DNA of 48,369 nucleotides, from the NCBI GenBank assembly GCA_964371375.1, contig CAYJMR010000001.1:1-48369 (forward strand). Direction: 5' to 3'. Position 1 is the stretch's first letter. Every line of letters starts with the position of its first letter. The translations under genes were made by a program, and so were the position numbers. Positions 8,258-16,724 of this stretch are shown here, piece by piece. Below the pieces are notes generated by a model. That model was given only the letters and a program-made list of their open reading frames with translations, was not told the DNA's origin and searched no databases. This stretch comes from an uncultured Treponemataceae bacterium (lineage in GTDB: Bacteria; Spirochaetota; Spirochaetia; Treponematales; Treponemataceae).

Positions 8258-10228
8258 GTGATACAGTACAATTATGCAGCAGAACTCGCTTCATTTGTAA
8301 TAATATCAATATTACTACTAAATCTTTTTTTAGAAAAAGAACCTGACTCAAGACGAAACCGATTTTTTAAAGGTATCGTTCTGGCGATATTCTTGATTGT
8401 AGTTTTCACGTTAATTTCAACGTATATGACAATGGATATTTTGATGTATCCAATATGGCTGGTAGTGTTTGCTGTCGACATGTATTTTATATCATTGCCC
8501 TTAGCTTTGGTTATGGGATTGTTGTATGTAAAGTCATTAAAAAGAAGCAGAAATACTAAGGCTAAAATTTCACTTCCAACTATTCTATTGATGGCCCCGT
8601 ATGCACTCTATGTTATTTTTGTAATTGCTAATTATTTTTCACATTATTTGTTTTCAATTTCGTATGAATTCGGATACGTGAGAGGAAATTTATACCTTCT
8701 TCCATACCCAGTTGCATTATTTTATATCGTTGCAATATTTATTGAAGCTTTTCGAAGCAGGAATTCAATATACAGGGGGATAGGTTTTGTTATATGTATA
8801 AATGTTGTGGTTATGTCCGCAATATCATTTTCTCAACTAATCTTTCCAGAAGTATTGCTATCGGGGCTTGCAAATGTTGCAGGCGCATTGGTGGTGTTTT
8901 TATATATACAAAATGTTACGAGGTCAACAGATAGTTTAACAGGGTTTCATAATAGAGTAAGGCTTGCATATGATGTAGAAAAAAGAGTGAGTGCGTACGC
9001 TAGAAAAAAAGGCACTTCAAATAATACCCAATTTGAGTTTTCACTTGTTTTGTATAGCCTTAGAAACATAAAAGGAATAAATGAACGCTATGGTCTTTTG
9101 GGTGGTGATGAACTCTTAGAGGGCGTTGCGGTACATCTTCGACAAACTTTTAAAAGATATCATGTATATCGTTATAGTGGTGATGAGTTTGCAGTTTTAA
9201 TGGATAAAAAATATGAAGAGAAAGAAGCTCTCGTCCATAAAGCAGCAGAGCGTTTCGAAAAACCTTTCTTCGGTGAAAGCAGTAAAAAAGAAATGACGGT
9301 TAAGGTAGTATATGCGCAGGTTGATTTTCCTGAATTTGGTACAGACCCTAAGCCTCTAGTTTCAGCTCTTGACTACTCAATCTCATCATTAAAGCATGGA
9401 AAGTATCGTACTAATTTTATGCACGACCTTACAATTTGCGAAAAAATGAGCCGGCGTAATAGTGTTATAGACCGAATAAAATATGCCCTAGAAAATGATG
9501 GCTTTGAAGTGAATTACCAACCAATATATTCTACCCAAGCAAAGACCTTTAAAGGAGCCGAGGCTCTTTTGCGTATGAAAAAAGAATTAGGGTCGATTTA
9601 TCCAGATGAGTTTATCCCCCTCGCAGAAGAAACAGGGCTCATAGTAAATATGACATATATGGTTCTAGAGAAGGTGTGTGCAGATTTACGTTCGCTTTTG
9701 GATCGATATGGTTCAAAACTGGATGGGCATTCAATTTCTATAAACTTTCCCTCTGCACAGTTTTTAGAACAAAACCTTGTCTCAAAAATAATGCAGATAC
9801 TAGGTAAATATGATATTTGCCCAGAGCAAATTAAGATAGAAATTACTGAACGAACTCTGATTGGGGATGCAGGTTTAATAAGTGGTGTTATGCGTGAAAT
9901 GCAAGAGAAAGGGTTTGTGTTTGAAGTTGATGACTTTGGGGTTGATTATTCGAATATTAGTTTAATTTTGCACTTGCCAGTGGAAATAATAAAAATTGAT
10001 AGAAGCTTGGTTTTGTTGGCAACAGAAAAAGAAAGATATGAAGATTTTTTTAGATTTTTCTTAAAGGCTATTCGACATACTGATAGAAAAGTTGTTATCG
10101 AAGGTGTCGAGACAAAGGAGCAGGCAGATTTTTTTATAAGTTGTGGAAGTGAGTATATTCAAGGTTTTTATTATGCACACCCTATGCCGTATGATGATTG
10201 TATAAAATTATTGGATGATATTTTGTAG
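8258..10228 (+). CDS. 7TM sensor - degenerate GGDEF - EAL protein (tandem paralog)
   Basis: 656 aa, the same length as the upstream gene and alignable end to end, by eye roughly half the residues identical. GTG start after AAGGA. Motifs SGDEF, SLRNIK, EALLR, EITER, DDFGVDYS, EGVE, QGFYYA. Confidence 0.85.
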   Translation: MIQYNYAAELASFVIISILLLNLFLEKEPDSRRNRFFKGIVLAIFLIVVFTLISTYMTMDILMYPIWLVVFAVDMYFISLPLALVMGLLYVKSLKRSRNTKAKISLPTILLMAPYALYVIFVIANYFSHYLFSISYEFGYVRGNLYLLPYPVALFYIVAIFIEAFRSRNSIYRGIGFVICINVVVMSAISFSQLIFPEVLLSGLANVAGALVVFLYIQNVTRSTDSLTGFHNRVRLAYDVEKRVSAYARKKGTSNNTQFEFSLVLYSLRNIKGINERYGLLGGDELLEGVAVHLRQTFKRYHVYRYSGDEFAVLMDKKYEEKEALVHKAAERFEKPFFGESSKKEMTVKVVYAQVDFPEFGTDPKPLVSALDYSISSLKHGKYRTNFMHDLTICEKMSRRNSVIDRIKYALENDGFEVNYQPIYSTQAKTFKGAEALLRMKKELGSIYPDEFIPLAEETGLIVNMTYMVLEKVCADLRSLLDRYGSKLDGHSISINFPSAQFLEQNLVSKIMQILGKYDICPEQIKIEITERTLIGDAGLISGVMREMQEKGFVFEVDDFGVDYSNISLILHLPVEIIKIDRSLVLLATEKERYEDFFRFFLKAIRHTDRKVVIEGVETKEQADFFISCGSEYIQGFYYAHPMPYDDCIKLLDDIL

Positions 10229-10240
10229 ACAGAAAAAATG

Positions 10241-10265
10241 ACCCTCCCCCGATATGGAGGAGGGT
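10241..10265 (-). terminator. terminator hairpin downstream of tyrA
   Basis: ACCCTCC (10241..10247) / GGAGGGT (10259..10265). On the minus strand the hairpin is followed by CATTTTTTC. Lies between convergent genes. Confidence 0.5.
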
Positions 10266-10293
10266 ACGTATTATATGAAGAGTGTACTCAGCG

Positions 10294-11169
10294 CTACTTT
10301 GTACTCATTTCGATTCGCTTTTCGCGTACTTTTTGTAAATTTTGTATCATGTTGTTTGCATCAGCATTTTTCACAAAATCTTTTAGCTTCGAAAGAGAGG
10401 ACTCAAATTTTTCAATATGGTTCACAAGCTCTTCTTTGTTTTCTATAAAAAGCTCTGTCCACAGAGGGGCGTTAATCATAGCTATGCGTGTCAAATCTTC
10501 GTAGCTCCCACCTCCAAAGGCTGTTATGTTCGTGTCTTCAGCACTATCCACAAGAGCAGAGGCTATAACATGGCAAAGTTGTGAGGTAAAAGCTATTTTG
10601 TGATCATGGCTTATTGCATCTGTTTCAATAATCTGCTTAAACCCCATCGCATAAGCTAAATTTTTAAGAAAGGTTATGTTTTCACTTTTTGATTTTTCTA
10701 AAGGAAGCAGAATATAGTTTCGTCCTTTGAAAATATCGGCAGAAGAATGAGTATAACCTTCTTTTTCACTTCCTGCCATTGGGTGGGCGGGAATAAAATC
10801 AACGTCAGCACGGGTAAAATCTTTTAAACCCTCTATCAGGGCTAGTTTAGTGCCTGCAATATCTGTAATAATTGATCCTGATTTAAAACTTTGTTGATGT
10901 TCAATTATAAACTCAAGGGTTCGTTTGGGGTACAAGCAAACTATAACAACGTCACAAACTGAGAGCATTTCCCCAACGGCATTGGGTAAAAATCCCTCAT
11001 CTATCACGCCATCATTCTTCGCTAATTGAAGTGTTTTTTCATCTTTGTCGCAGGCTAGAAGGCGAATACCCCCGTTAATAAAAGGGCTTGCTGCAATTGA
11101 ACATTGTTTTATTGCCTTTGCATAAGATCCTCCCATGAGGCCCAGTCCTATAAAGCCAAATGTTTTCAT
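10294..11169 (-). CDS. tyrA: prephenate dehydrogenase
   Basis: 291 aa. N-terminal Rossmann motif GFIGLGLMGGS and the HPMAGSE motif typical of prephenate/arogenate dehydrogenases. ATGA overlap with aroF. Confidence 0.85.
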   Translation of the reverse strand: MKTFGFIGLGLMGGSYAKAIKQCSIAASPFINGGIRLLACDKDEKTLQLAKNDGVIDEGFLPNAVGEMLSVCDVVIVCLYPKRTLEFIIEHQQSFKSGSIITDIAGTKLALIEGLKDFTRADVDFIPAHPMAGSEKEGYTHSSADIFKGRNYILLPLEKSKSENITFLKNLAYAMGFKQIIETDAISHDHKIAFTSQLCHVIASALVDSAEDTNITAFGGGSYEDLTRIAMINAPLWTELFIENKEELVNHIEKFESSLSKLKDFVKNADANNMIQNLQKVREKRIEMSTK

Positions 11170-12194
11170 AGTGTTTTACCTTCGATGTTTGCATAAGCTG
11201 TAACTTTTTTCATAATTTCATCAAACTCGGCAGGTGTAACAGATTGTTCTCCATCACTCAGGGCACATTCTGGATTGTTGTGGACTTCAATCATAAGACC
11301 ATCTGCTCCAACCGCAACAGCCGCCTTTGCCAAGGATTCAACCATCCAAGCCATTCCACATGCGTGGCTCGGGTCAATTATTATAGGAAGATGACTTTCC
11401 TTTTTTAAGAACGGAACAGCACTTAAATCTAAGCAATTTCTGGTATAGTTATCAAATGTTCTAATGCCACGCTCACAAAGAATAATATCGTTATTTCCCG
11501 CTGCCATAAGGTATTCTGCAGACATTAAAAACTCTTTGATGGTTGCGCTAAGCCCCCGTTTTAAAAGGATTGGCTTTTTGCATGAGCCTAGCTCTTTTAA
11601 AAGATCAAAGTTTTGCATGTTTCTTGCCCCGATTTGAATAATATCTACGTTGTCAAACTCTTCAAGTTGTTTGATAGCCATGATTTCTGTAACAATGGGA
11701 AGGCCTGTTTCTTTTTTTACAGCCTCCATTAAGCGCATACCATCTCCACCCATTCCTTGGAAGGCATAGGGAGATGTACGGGGCTTAAAAACACCACCAC
11801 GCAAAAATTGAGCACCACTTGCCTTTATAGCTTTGCCTATTTCCATGAGTTGTTCTTCGCTTTCAACAGAGCAAGGCCCTGCCATGACGGCGAGACGATT
11901 TGACCCAATAATAAAATCTGTTCCCTTTGCTTTATCGCCTACATTAACCAGGGTGTCTTTGGGGTGAAATTTTCTGTTTGCTTTTTTGTAGGGCTCTTGT
12001 ACACGCATAACTTTGCTTACAAGATGGTGAATTTCCAAACTTTTTTCATTTATGGAAACAGTGTCTCCAACCAAGCCCACAATAGTAGTGTTTTCGCCTC
12101 GTGAAAGGTGTGTGTCTAAGCCTCTTCCATGAAGCATCGTTAAGAACTCTTGCAGTTCCTTTTCTTCTACATTTGGTTTTAATACAACAATCAT
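11166..12194 (-). CDS. aroF: 3-deoxy-7-phosphoheptulonate (DAHP) synthase, class I-beta with N-terminal regulatory ferredoxin-like domain
   Basis: 342 aa. Motifs [19 protein letters not shown] and IIDPSHA match KDO8PS-like I-beta DAHP synthases. A 70-aa N-terminal extension resembles the Thermotoga-type enzyme. SD AGGAGAGG upstream. Confidence 0.85.
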   Translation of the reverse strand: MIVVLKPNVEEKELQEFLTMLHGRGLDTHLSRGENTTIVGLVGDTVSINEKSLEIHHLVSKVMRVQEPYKKANRKFHPKDTLVNVGDKAKGTDFIIGSNRLAVMAGPCSVESEEQLMEIGKAIKASGAQFLRGGVFKPRTSPYAFQGMGGDGMRLMEAVKKETGLPIVTEIMAIKQLEEFDNVDIIQIGARNMQNFDLLKELGSCKKPILLKRGLSATIKEFLMSAEYLMAAGNNDIILCERGIRTFDNYTRNCLDLSAVPFLKKESHLPIIIDPSHACGMAWMVESLAKAAVAVGADGLMIEVHNNPECALSDGEQSVTPAEFDEIMKKVTAYANIEGKTL

Positions 12195-12223
12195 ATTCCT
12201 CTCCTAAAAATTTATTGAAACAT

Positions 12224-12253
12224 AAAAAAAAGGCCCCTTTTAAAGGAGCCTTT
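12224..12253 (-). terminator. leader (attenuator) terminator immediately upstream of aroF
   Basis: Minus strand reads AAAGGCUCC-UUUAAAA-GGGGCCUUU followed by more U, a run of 8 U in total. This is a 9-bp stem with one G-U. It ends 30 nt before the aroF ATG. Confidence 0.6.
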
Positions 12254-12284
12254 ATCTATCAATAGTATTATACTACTGCTCAAA

Positions 12285-12347
12285 TTACAGATGCGCTCCT
12301 GTATGGGTTTGAGAAAAATAGTAATAATAAAAGTAGTTTTTGTTCAT
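12285..12347 (-). CDS. putative aromatic-rich leader peptide (20 aa, MNKNYFYYYYFSQTHTGAHL)
   Basis: ATG at 12347, TAA at 12287..12285. Codons 5-11 are TAC TTT TAT TAT TAC TAT TTT. Sits between a promoter-like element and the leader terminator of aroF-tyrA. No SD, so it is possibly leaderless. Confidence 0.5.
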   Translation of the reverse strand: MNKNYFYYYYFSQTHTGAHL

Positions 12348-12353
12348 ATAGTT

Positions 12354-12382
12354 AGTATATACTATGAATAGAAACAAGTCAA
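12354..12382 (-). promoter_or_regulatory. sigma70-like promoter (TTGACT-17-TATACT) for the aroF-tyrA leader
   Basis: Minus strand has TTGACT (12382..12377), a 17-nt spacer, TATACT (12359..12354). The predicted TSS coincides roughly with the mini-ORF ATG. Confidence 0.45.
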
Positions 12383-12460
12383 GGTGAGCCCAGGAAAATT
12401 GTAAATTTTTTCGACTTAAATTATGTGAGATAGGTTAGAGAAGACAACCTTGCATATTTT

Positions 12461-12499
12461 AAAATAAAGATGCCCACACATAACAAATGTGTGGGCATC
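12461..12499 (-). terminator. rho-independent terminator of the FlgD-Ig/OmpA gene
   Basis: Perfect 12-bp stem GATGCCCACACA / TGTGTGGGCATC (12469..12480 / 12488..12499) with a 7-nt loop. On the minus strand it is followed by TTTATTTT. Starts 8 nt after the stop codon. Confidence 0.75.
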
Positions 12500-12506
12500 T
12501 TAAATT

Positions 12507-15500
12507 CTACTTATCTAAAATAAATTCTACGCGGCGGTTTTTCCACCAGTTATCTCTATCACTTAAAGCTGCAATTGGTACGCGACCTCCCATACCAACA
12601 GTGCTTAGGCGACTTTCACTTATTCCGTATGAAATAAGTACTTGTTTTACATACTCGGCCCTAGCTTCGCTGAGAGGTACGAGTGGAATATTTCCATTTT
12701 CGGTCGAAGTCTCTTCTTCCTCAGTCCCACTTAGGTTATTTGCATGACCTTCAATTGTTACGTTGTAGTCTCTAAACTTATTCAAGATTTCTGCAATACG
12801 TCGCAATACTCTTTCGTTGTTATCAATAACAGACTGTGATAATCCTCTCGCAGGATCTTCTGAGCGTCCAACAAAGTCTGCATTATCACTTCTGAAGATA
12901 ATTGATGGAACTTGCATTTTTAATACATCACCAATGCGGATAACAAGTACATCAATTGGAATAACGCCTTCTACAGTTGATGTCATTCCTACAGAGTCCG
13001 TTACAGTGAATACATATGGATAATCCATAGCTGATTGAACAAGTTCCCCTGTATTGCTTCTACCGTCCCAAATTATTCGCTCTGTAATTGATGTTTTACC
13101 GGTTGTTGTCCAGAATGGTCTATTATTTTGGGGGTCTTGAATTTCAAAAGACCATGAACTAAACGGAACTATGCTTTGTCCTTGAAGTCTAATAAACATA
13201 TCATCATCTGAACCGTCATTATCTGGGCTAAAGTATTCAGGAGCAGTTTGTACTAAAAGCATAGGAGCTGTTATGGTGCTTATAAAAGGTGAACTGGTAA
13301 CAGATACAGTGTCTCCTTTTGTGTAAGATAGATTCAAGTTTGCAGTAAAGCTTCCTTCTGCAATAATTCCACTGCTTGATATTCCATCCCAAGTAATTGT
13401 AGCTGGTACATCTGGCTGGTCTGTGTTATCCCATTCTTGAACTATTGTTCCTGTTGAAGTATTTACTATTGTAAATGCCCATGAATCAACACCTTCTGTA
13501 ATACTTGTTCTTATAGTAAAGGTTTGATTATCCAAGAAATCATCATTATTTGGGCTAAAGGCTTCATTTGAAATTGTAATATAGGCAGTTGCTTCACGAT
13601 TATCAATTTCTATGTTCCCAAGCTCGGCTGCAACAGTATTTCCAGCTCTATCGGTACTAGTAATGGCAAAAGTGTATGAACCGTCAAGTGCAGTATTTCC
13701 AGCCTCATCTGTTCCGTCCCATGCAAAAGATTGTGCTAGTCCATTCCAGCTCATCGTCTTTACAATTTCATTGTTTTCATCAGCTGTAATTGTAGCGGTC
13801 CATAAATTTTCTTCACTTGATGTAATGTCTAGGGTAAGAGAATCTTTATTATTATCTCCATTCGGACTAAATAAAGTGTATGGAGCGCTTAGTGTAACTG
13901 TAGGGTACTCGGTATCCAGCTCGAAGCTTTGCGTTACAACTCTTGTTTCACTTCCATTATTTGAAAGAGTATACAAAGAAGCAGAATACATTCCATCTAG
14001 AGCTCTTGCTCCTTCATCGGTAAGTCCATTCCAATCTATTGCTCTTGGAAGGCTTCTTTGTTCAGTGAAGGTTCTTACTGTTTTACCTTCTGCATCAAGA
14101 ATTAAGAGCTCATACTCGGAAACTCCTGTGTTTGTGCGGATAATTGGTGAAAAAGTAATTGTATCTTTTGTTCCATCGCTGTTAGGGCTAAAGGCATCGG
14201 GACTCACCGTGAGAATAACTTCTGTAGTTCCAGTATTTAGCTCTATCGCTGTTGTTTGCTCTTCTCTAACATTTCCTGCTAAGTCTGTACTTGCAAGAAC
14301 ATATTTATAAAAGCCATCAACTATTTGGCCGTCATCGGTTACCCCATTCCATTCTACCGATTCAGGTGGCTCTTCACCAAATTCCCACTGTTTAACAACT
14401 TCATTTGCTTCGTTTATGATTGTTCCTGTCCAGGCTTTTTCTCTAGAGCCTTCTTGGAAAATTGTAATGCTATCAAGTCTGCCATCACCATCGGGACTAA
14501 AAATAGTTCGGTCTGTACGTACTCCAGCAACAGGTTTTGTGTTATCTACAGTAATATTTCTATTTATTGTTGACTCTTGGCCGTTACTAAAAAGGGCAGT
14601 AAAAGAGAGCTTGTAATTTCCGTCTGCCAGAACTGCGCCGTTACTGCTTTTTCCGTCAAAAGCAATGCTTTGCGGTGGCTCATCCGTTCCATCAAATGTA
14701 AAAACAGTTCTGTCTCGAGAATCTTTAATATCAATTTCCCAGTTAAGTAGTCCAGAGCTTGTAGACATAGAGGGTAAAATGTTGATTGTATCTTTTACAC
14801 CATCCCCATTTGGAGAAAAAGGACTTCCTTGTACCATCATGTTTACTGCTCTTGGAATTGCATCGTATATGATATTTGTAATTTGTGCACTTTCATTGTT
14901 GTTTCCGGCTCTGTCGGTACTTGTTATTCTATAGGTATATGCGCCTTCGGAAACAGCAACATTGTTATTATCTTTTCCATCCCATTCTATGTTCCGCGGA
15001 ATAGAATTTCTCCAAGAAAAAGTTCTTACAACGGCGCCAGTGCTATCAAGGACTTGTCCTGTCCATAAATCTTCTTGAGAACCTGTTTGGGTAATCGAAA
15101 ATTCTGCTTTATTGCTTCCGCCAAAGATTTTTTCTGCGGCAGAAGGTTGTTCTATTGTTACCGTTGGCTCTGTATTGTCAACAATAACTTCATATGATGA
15201 TGTTCTGCTTTCGTTTCCGTTGTCATCAGAAGCCCTTACGTAGTAGCTATATGTTCCATCGGGTGCAACTTCACCGGAGTCCAAAATTCCATTCCACGTT
15301 ACGCTTTCGGGTATTACAACACCTTGTTTTGGTGAAAAAAGGCGTTGAAAAAAGCTTCTAAAGGTAAGACTTTCTGGAAGTGCAACTTTATTTCCGACTG
15401 TTCTGACTATATTTCCGGTTCCATCTTCTATAACCAAGGCCCATTCACTTATATAGCGAGTGTCTTGAATAGATAGAGGGATTATTAATTCATCTTGCAC

Positions 15501-15632
15501 ACCATCATTGTTTGGTGAGATATATACGGGTCCTGAAGGAGCTCGTTGTGCAAACAGTGCTACACCTGTAACAATGAGTACAAGAAGTATGGATATCGCA
15601 ATAATGCGAGTAGGTTTTTTTTGAGTTATCAT
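12507..15632 (-). CDS. large envelope protein: signal/anchor + 8 tandem FlgD-Ig-like modules + C-terminal OmpA-like peptidoglycan-binding domain
   Basis: Start chosen at the second ATG (15632) because GGGAGG (15641..15636) sits 3-4 nt upstream; the track start at 15644 lies inside that SD. Repeated FSPNGDGxKD ... W(D/N)G ... DG.Y.Y...TD.AGN modules. C-terminus VTIEGHANN...RAEYV...NRRVEFIL is OmpA_C-like. Confidence 0.8.
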   Translation of the reverse strand: MITQKKPTRIIAISILLVLIVTGVALFAQRAPSGPVYISPNNDGVQDELIIPLSIQDTRYISEWALVIEDGTGNIVRTVGNKVALPESLTFRSFFQRLFSPKQGVVIPESVTWNGILDSGEVAPDGTYSYYVRASDDNGNESRTSSYEVIVDNTEPTVTIEQPSAAEKIFGGSNKAEFSITQTGSQEDLWTGQVLDSTGAVVRTFSWRNSIPRNIEWDGKDNNNVAVSEGAYTYRITSTDRAGNNNESAQITNIIYDAIPRAVNMMVQGSPFSPNGDGVKDTINILPSMSTSSGLLNWEIDIKDSRDRTVFTFDGTDEPPQSIAFDGKSSNGAVLADGNYKLSFTALFSNGQESTINRNITVDNTKPVAGVRTDRTIFSPDGDGRLDSITIFQEGSREKAWTGTIINEANEVVKQWEFGEEPPESVEWNGVTDDGQIVDGFYKYVLASTDLAGNVREEQTTAIELNTGTTEVILTVSPDAFSPNSDGTKDTITFSPIIRTNTGVSEYELLILDAEGKTVRTFTEQRSLPRAIDWNGLTDEGARALDGMYSASLYTLSNNGSETRVVTQSFELDTEYPTVTLSAPYTLFSPNGDNNKDSLTLDITSSEENLWTATITADENNEIVKTMSWNGLAQSFAWDGTDEAGNTALDGSYTFAITSTDRAGNTVAAELGNIEIDNREATAYITISNEAFSPNNDDFLDNQTFTIRTSITEGVDSWAFTIVNTSTGTIVQEWDNTDQPDVPATITWDGISSSGIIAEGSFTANLNLSYTKGDTVSVTSSPFISTITAPMLLVQTAPEYFSPDNDGSDDDMFIRLQGQSIVPFSSWSFEIQDPQNNRPFWTTTGKTSITERIIWDGRSNTGELVQSAMDYPYVFTVTDSVGMTSTVEGVIPIDVLVIRIGDVLKMQVPSIIFRSDNADFVGRSEDPARGLSQSVIDNNERVLRRIAEILNKFRDYNVTIEGHANNLSGTEEEETSTENGNIPLVPLSEARAEYVKQVLISYGISESRLSTVGMGGRVPIAALSDRDNWWKNRRVEFILDK
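12944..15524 (-). repeat. eight diverged tandem coding repeats (about 95-115 codons each) encoding FlgD-Ig-like modules
   Basis: Module starts in the protein: YISPNNDGVQDE, a degenerate second module, FSPNGDGVKDT, FSPDGDGRLDS, FSPNSDGTKDT, FSPNGDNNKDS, FSPNNDDFLDN, FSPDNDGSDDD. Boundaries are approximate. The repeats are visible at the protein level, not as identical DNA repeats. Confidence 0.6.
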
Positions 15633-16678
15633 TATTCCTCCCATAATTTTATTTCAGGGGCTTGGGTATCTTCTAAGCCTAGGTATAAGGCAGCACTACC
15701 AGATACAACAGAAACATTGTTGTTAAGTGGTTTAAATGCACCAGATGCAATTATTTCATTCTGAGTAAGACCTTGTCTTCCAAGGAGAGACTCTTCTTTT
15801 GCATTAATATTGAGTTTCATGCTTAAAGCTACACTTGGATAAAAATTTGCTTTTCCTTGTATGGTTTCAACCATGTTTAGTTGCCACCCAGTTGATAGTT
15901 TAAACATGTTAAAGAATAAAAAGCTTAAGTTTGTATCAAAAACAACATTTTGAAAGGTTGGGAATGAGAGATCAAAAGATAAGCCTGATTGAACTTGCTT
16001 TGTTTCAAATAGTGTTCCCGCAAAACCAAGTTTTGGTGTAATCATTCCAGGAAAACCACTTGTATCGCTTGAATCATCTTTTACACCTGCGCTTGAAGGG
16101 TTGTATGTTTTTCCTAGTTGTGTTAAAGAGGCCGCAAGTCTTACATCACTCATAAAGGGGAGCCAGGAAATTGTTTCAATGGCATATAATACACCTAAAT
16201 CACCTGATACGCCCCAGTCAGAACCAAAGGTACCAGAAAGTCCTAACCCTACATAAAGGTCATCAAGTATGTCTTTAGAATATGCTGTCCTTATTGTAAA
16301 ACTATCTTTTAAGTTCATGTCTTCAAAGGGGACAAAAACTCCTTGTACGCCCACTGTAAATACTCCAAAACGAGAAGGGAGAATTGTTCCCGCACTAAAG
16401 GCTTGTCCATAATTTTGGGTTTTATTTTGAGCAATTAAACCCGTGTAAGAAGCATCAATAACGATGCGTTGTTCTCCTGCACTAATAGCAGGGTTTATAC
16501 TTATGTGCCCAGGATATACTTGAAAAAGGGAACCACCTGCTGTCGAAGCTTCCCCAGAAAGCATAGACGGGCTAGTAAAATTAAATAAATTTTCACCTGA
16601 TAATGGGGGATTATATGTATATGCTGAAAAACACAGTACACTAACCACAAGACAAAAAAGAATTTTTTTTGCGTTCAT
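15632..16678 (-). CDS. putative outer-membrane beta-barrel protein (unknown family)
   Basis: Start moved to the ATG at 16678 (MNAKKILFCLVVSVLCFSAYTY...), with GGAGG 10 nt upstream. Signal peptide present. Alternating hydrophobic/Gly-Ser-Thr-rich strands run throughout, with aromatic residues at strand ends. Stop TAA overlaps the downstream ATG (TAATG). Confidence 0.6.
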   Translation of the reverse strand: MNAKKILFCLVVSVLCFSAYTYNPPLSGENLFNFTSPSMLSGEASTAGGSLFQVYPGHISINPAISAGEQRIVIDASYTGLIAQNKTQNYGQAFSAGTILPSRFGVFTVGVQGVFVPFEDMNLKDSFTIRTAYSKDILDDLYVGLGLSGTFGSDWGVSGDLGVLYAIETISWLPFMSDVRLAASLTQLGKTYNPSSAGVKDDSSDTSGFPGMITPKLGFAGTLFETKQVQSGLSFDLSFPTFQNVVFDTNLSFLFFNMFKLSTGWQLNMVETIQGKANFYPSVALSMKLNINAKEESLLGRQGLTQNEIIASGAFKPLNNNVSVVSGSAALYLGLEDTQAPEIKLWEE

Positions 16679-16724
16679 AAAGATTAATACCTCCAAAATT
16701 GTACAGAATTCACTGCGTTTATAG

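Noticed and set aside
10238-10504. Plus-strand ORFs of 88 and 64 aa downstream of the second EAL gene.
   Set aside because: They run antisense through the 3' end of tyrA and across the terminator hairpin. There is no SD and no recognisable motif.
12195-12470. T-box or other riboswitch as the explanation for the aroF leader terminator.
   Set aside because: The leader is only about 150 nt. I could not find a T-box consensus (…GGGUGGUACCGCG…) or a specifier-loop architecture. The aromatic mini-ORF model explains the terminator better.
12944-15524. Periodic structure in the large minus-strand gene, as a possible CRISPR array or VNTR.
   Set aside because: The periodicity is about 290-330 bp and is visible only as diverged protein modules in one continuous reading frame. 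There are no short identical direct repeats with unique spacers.
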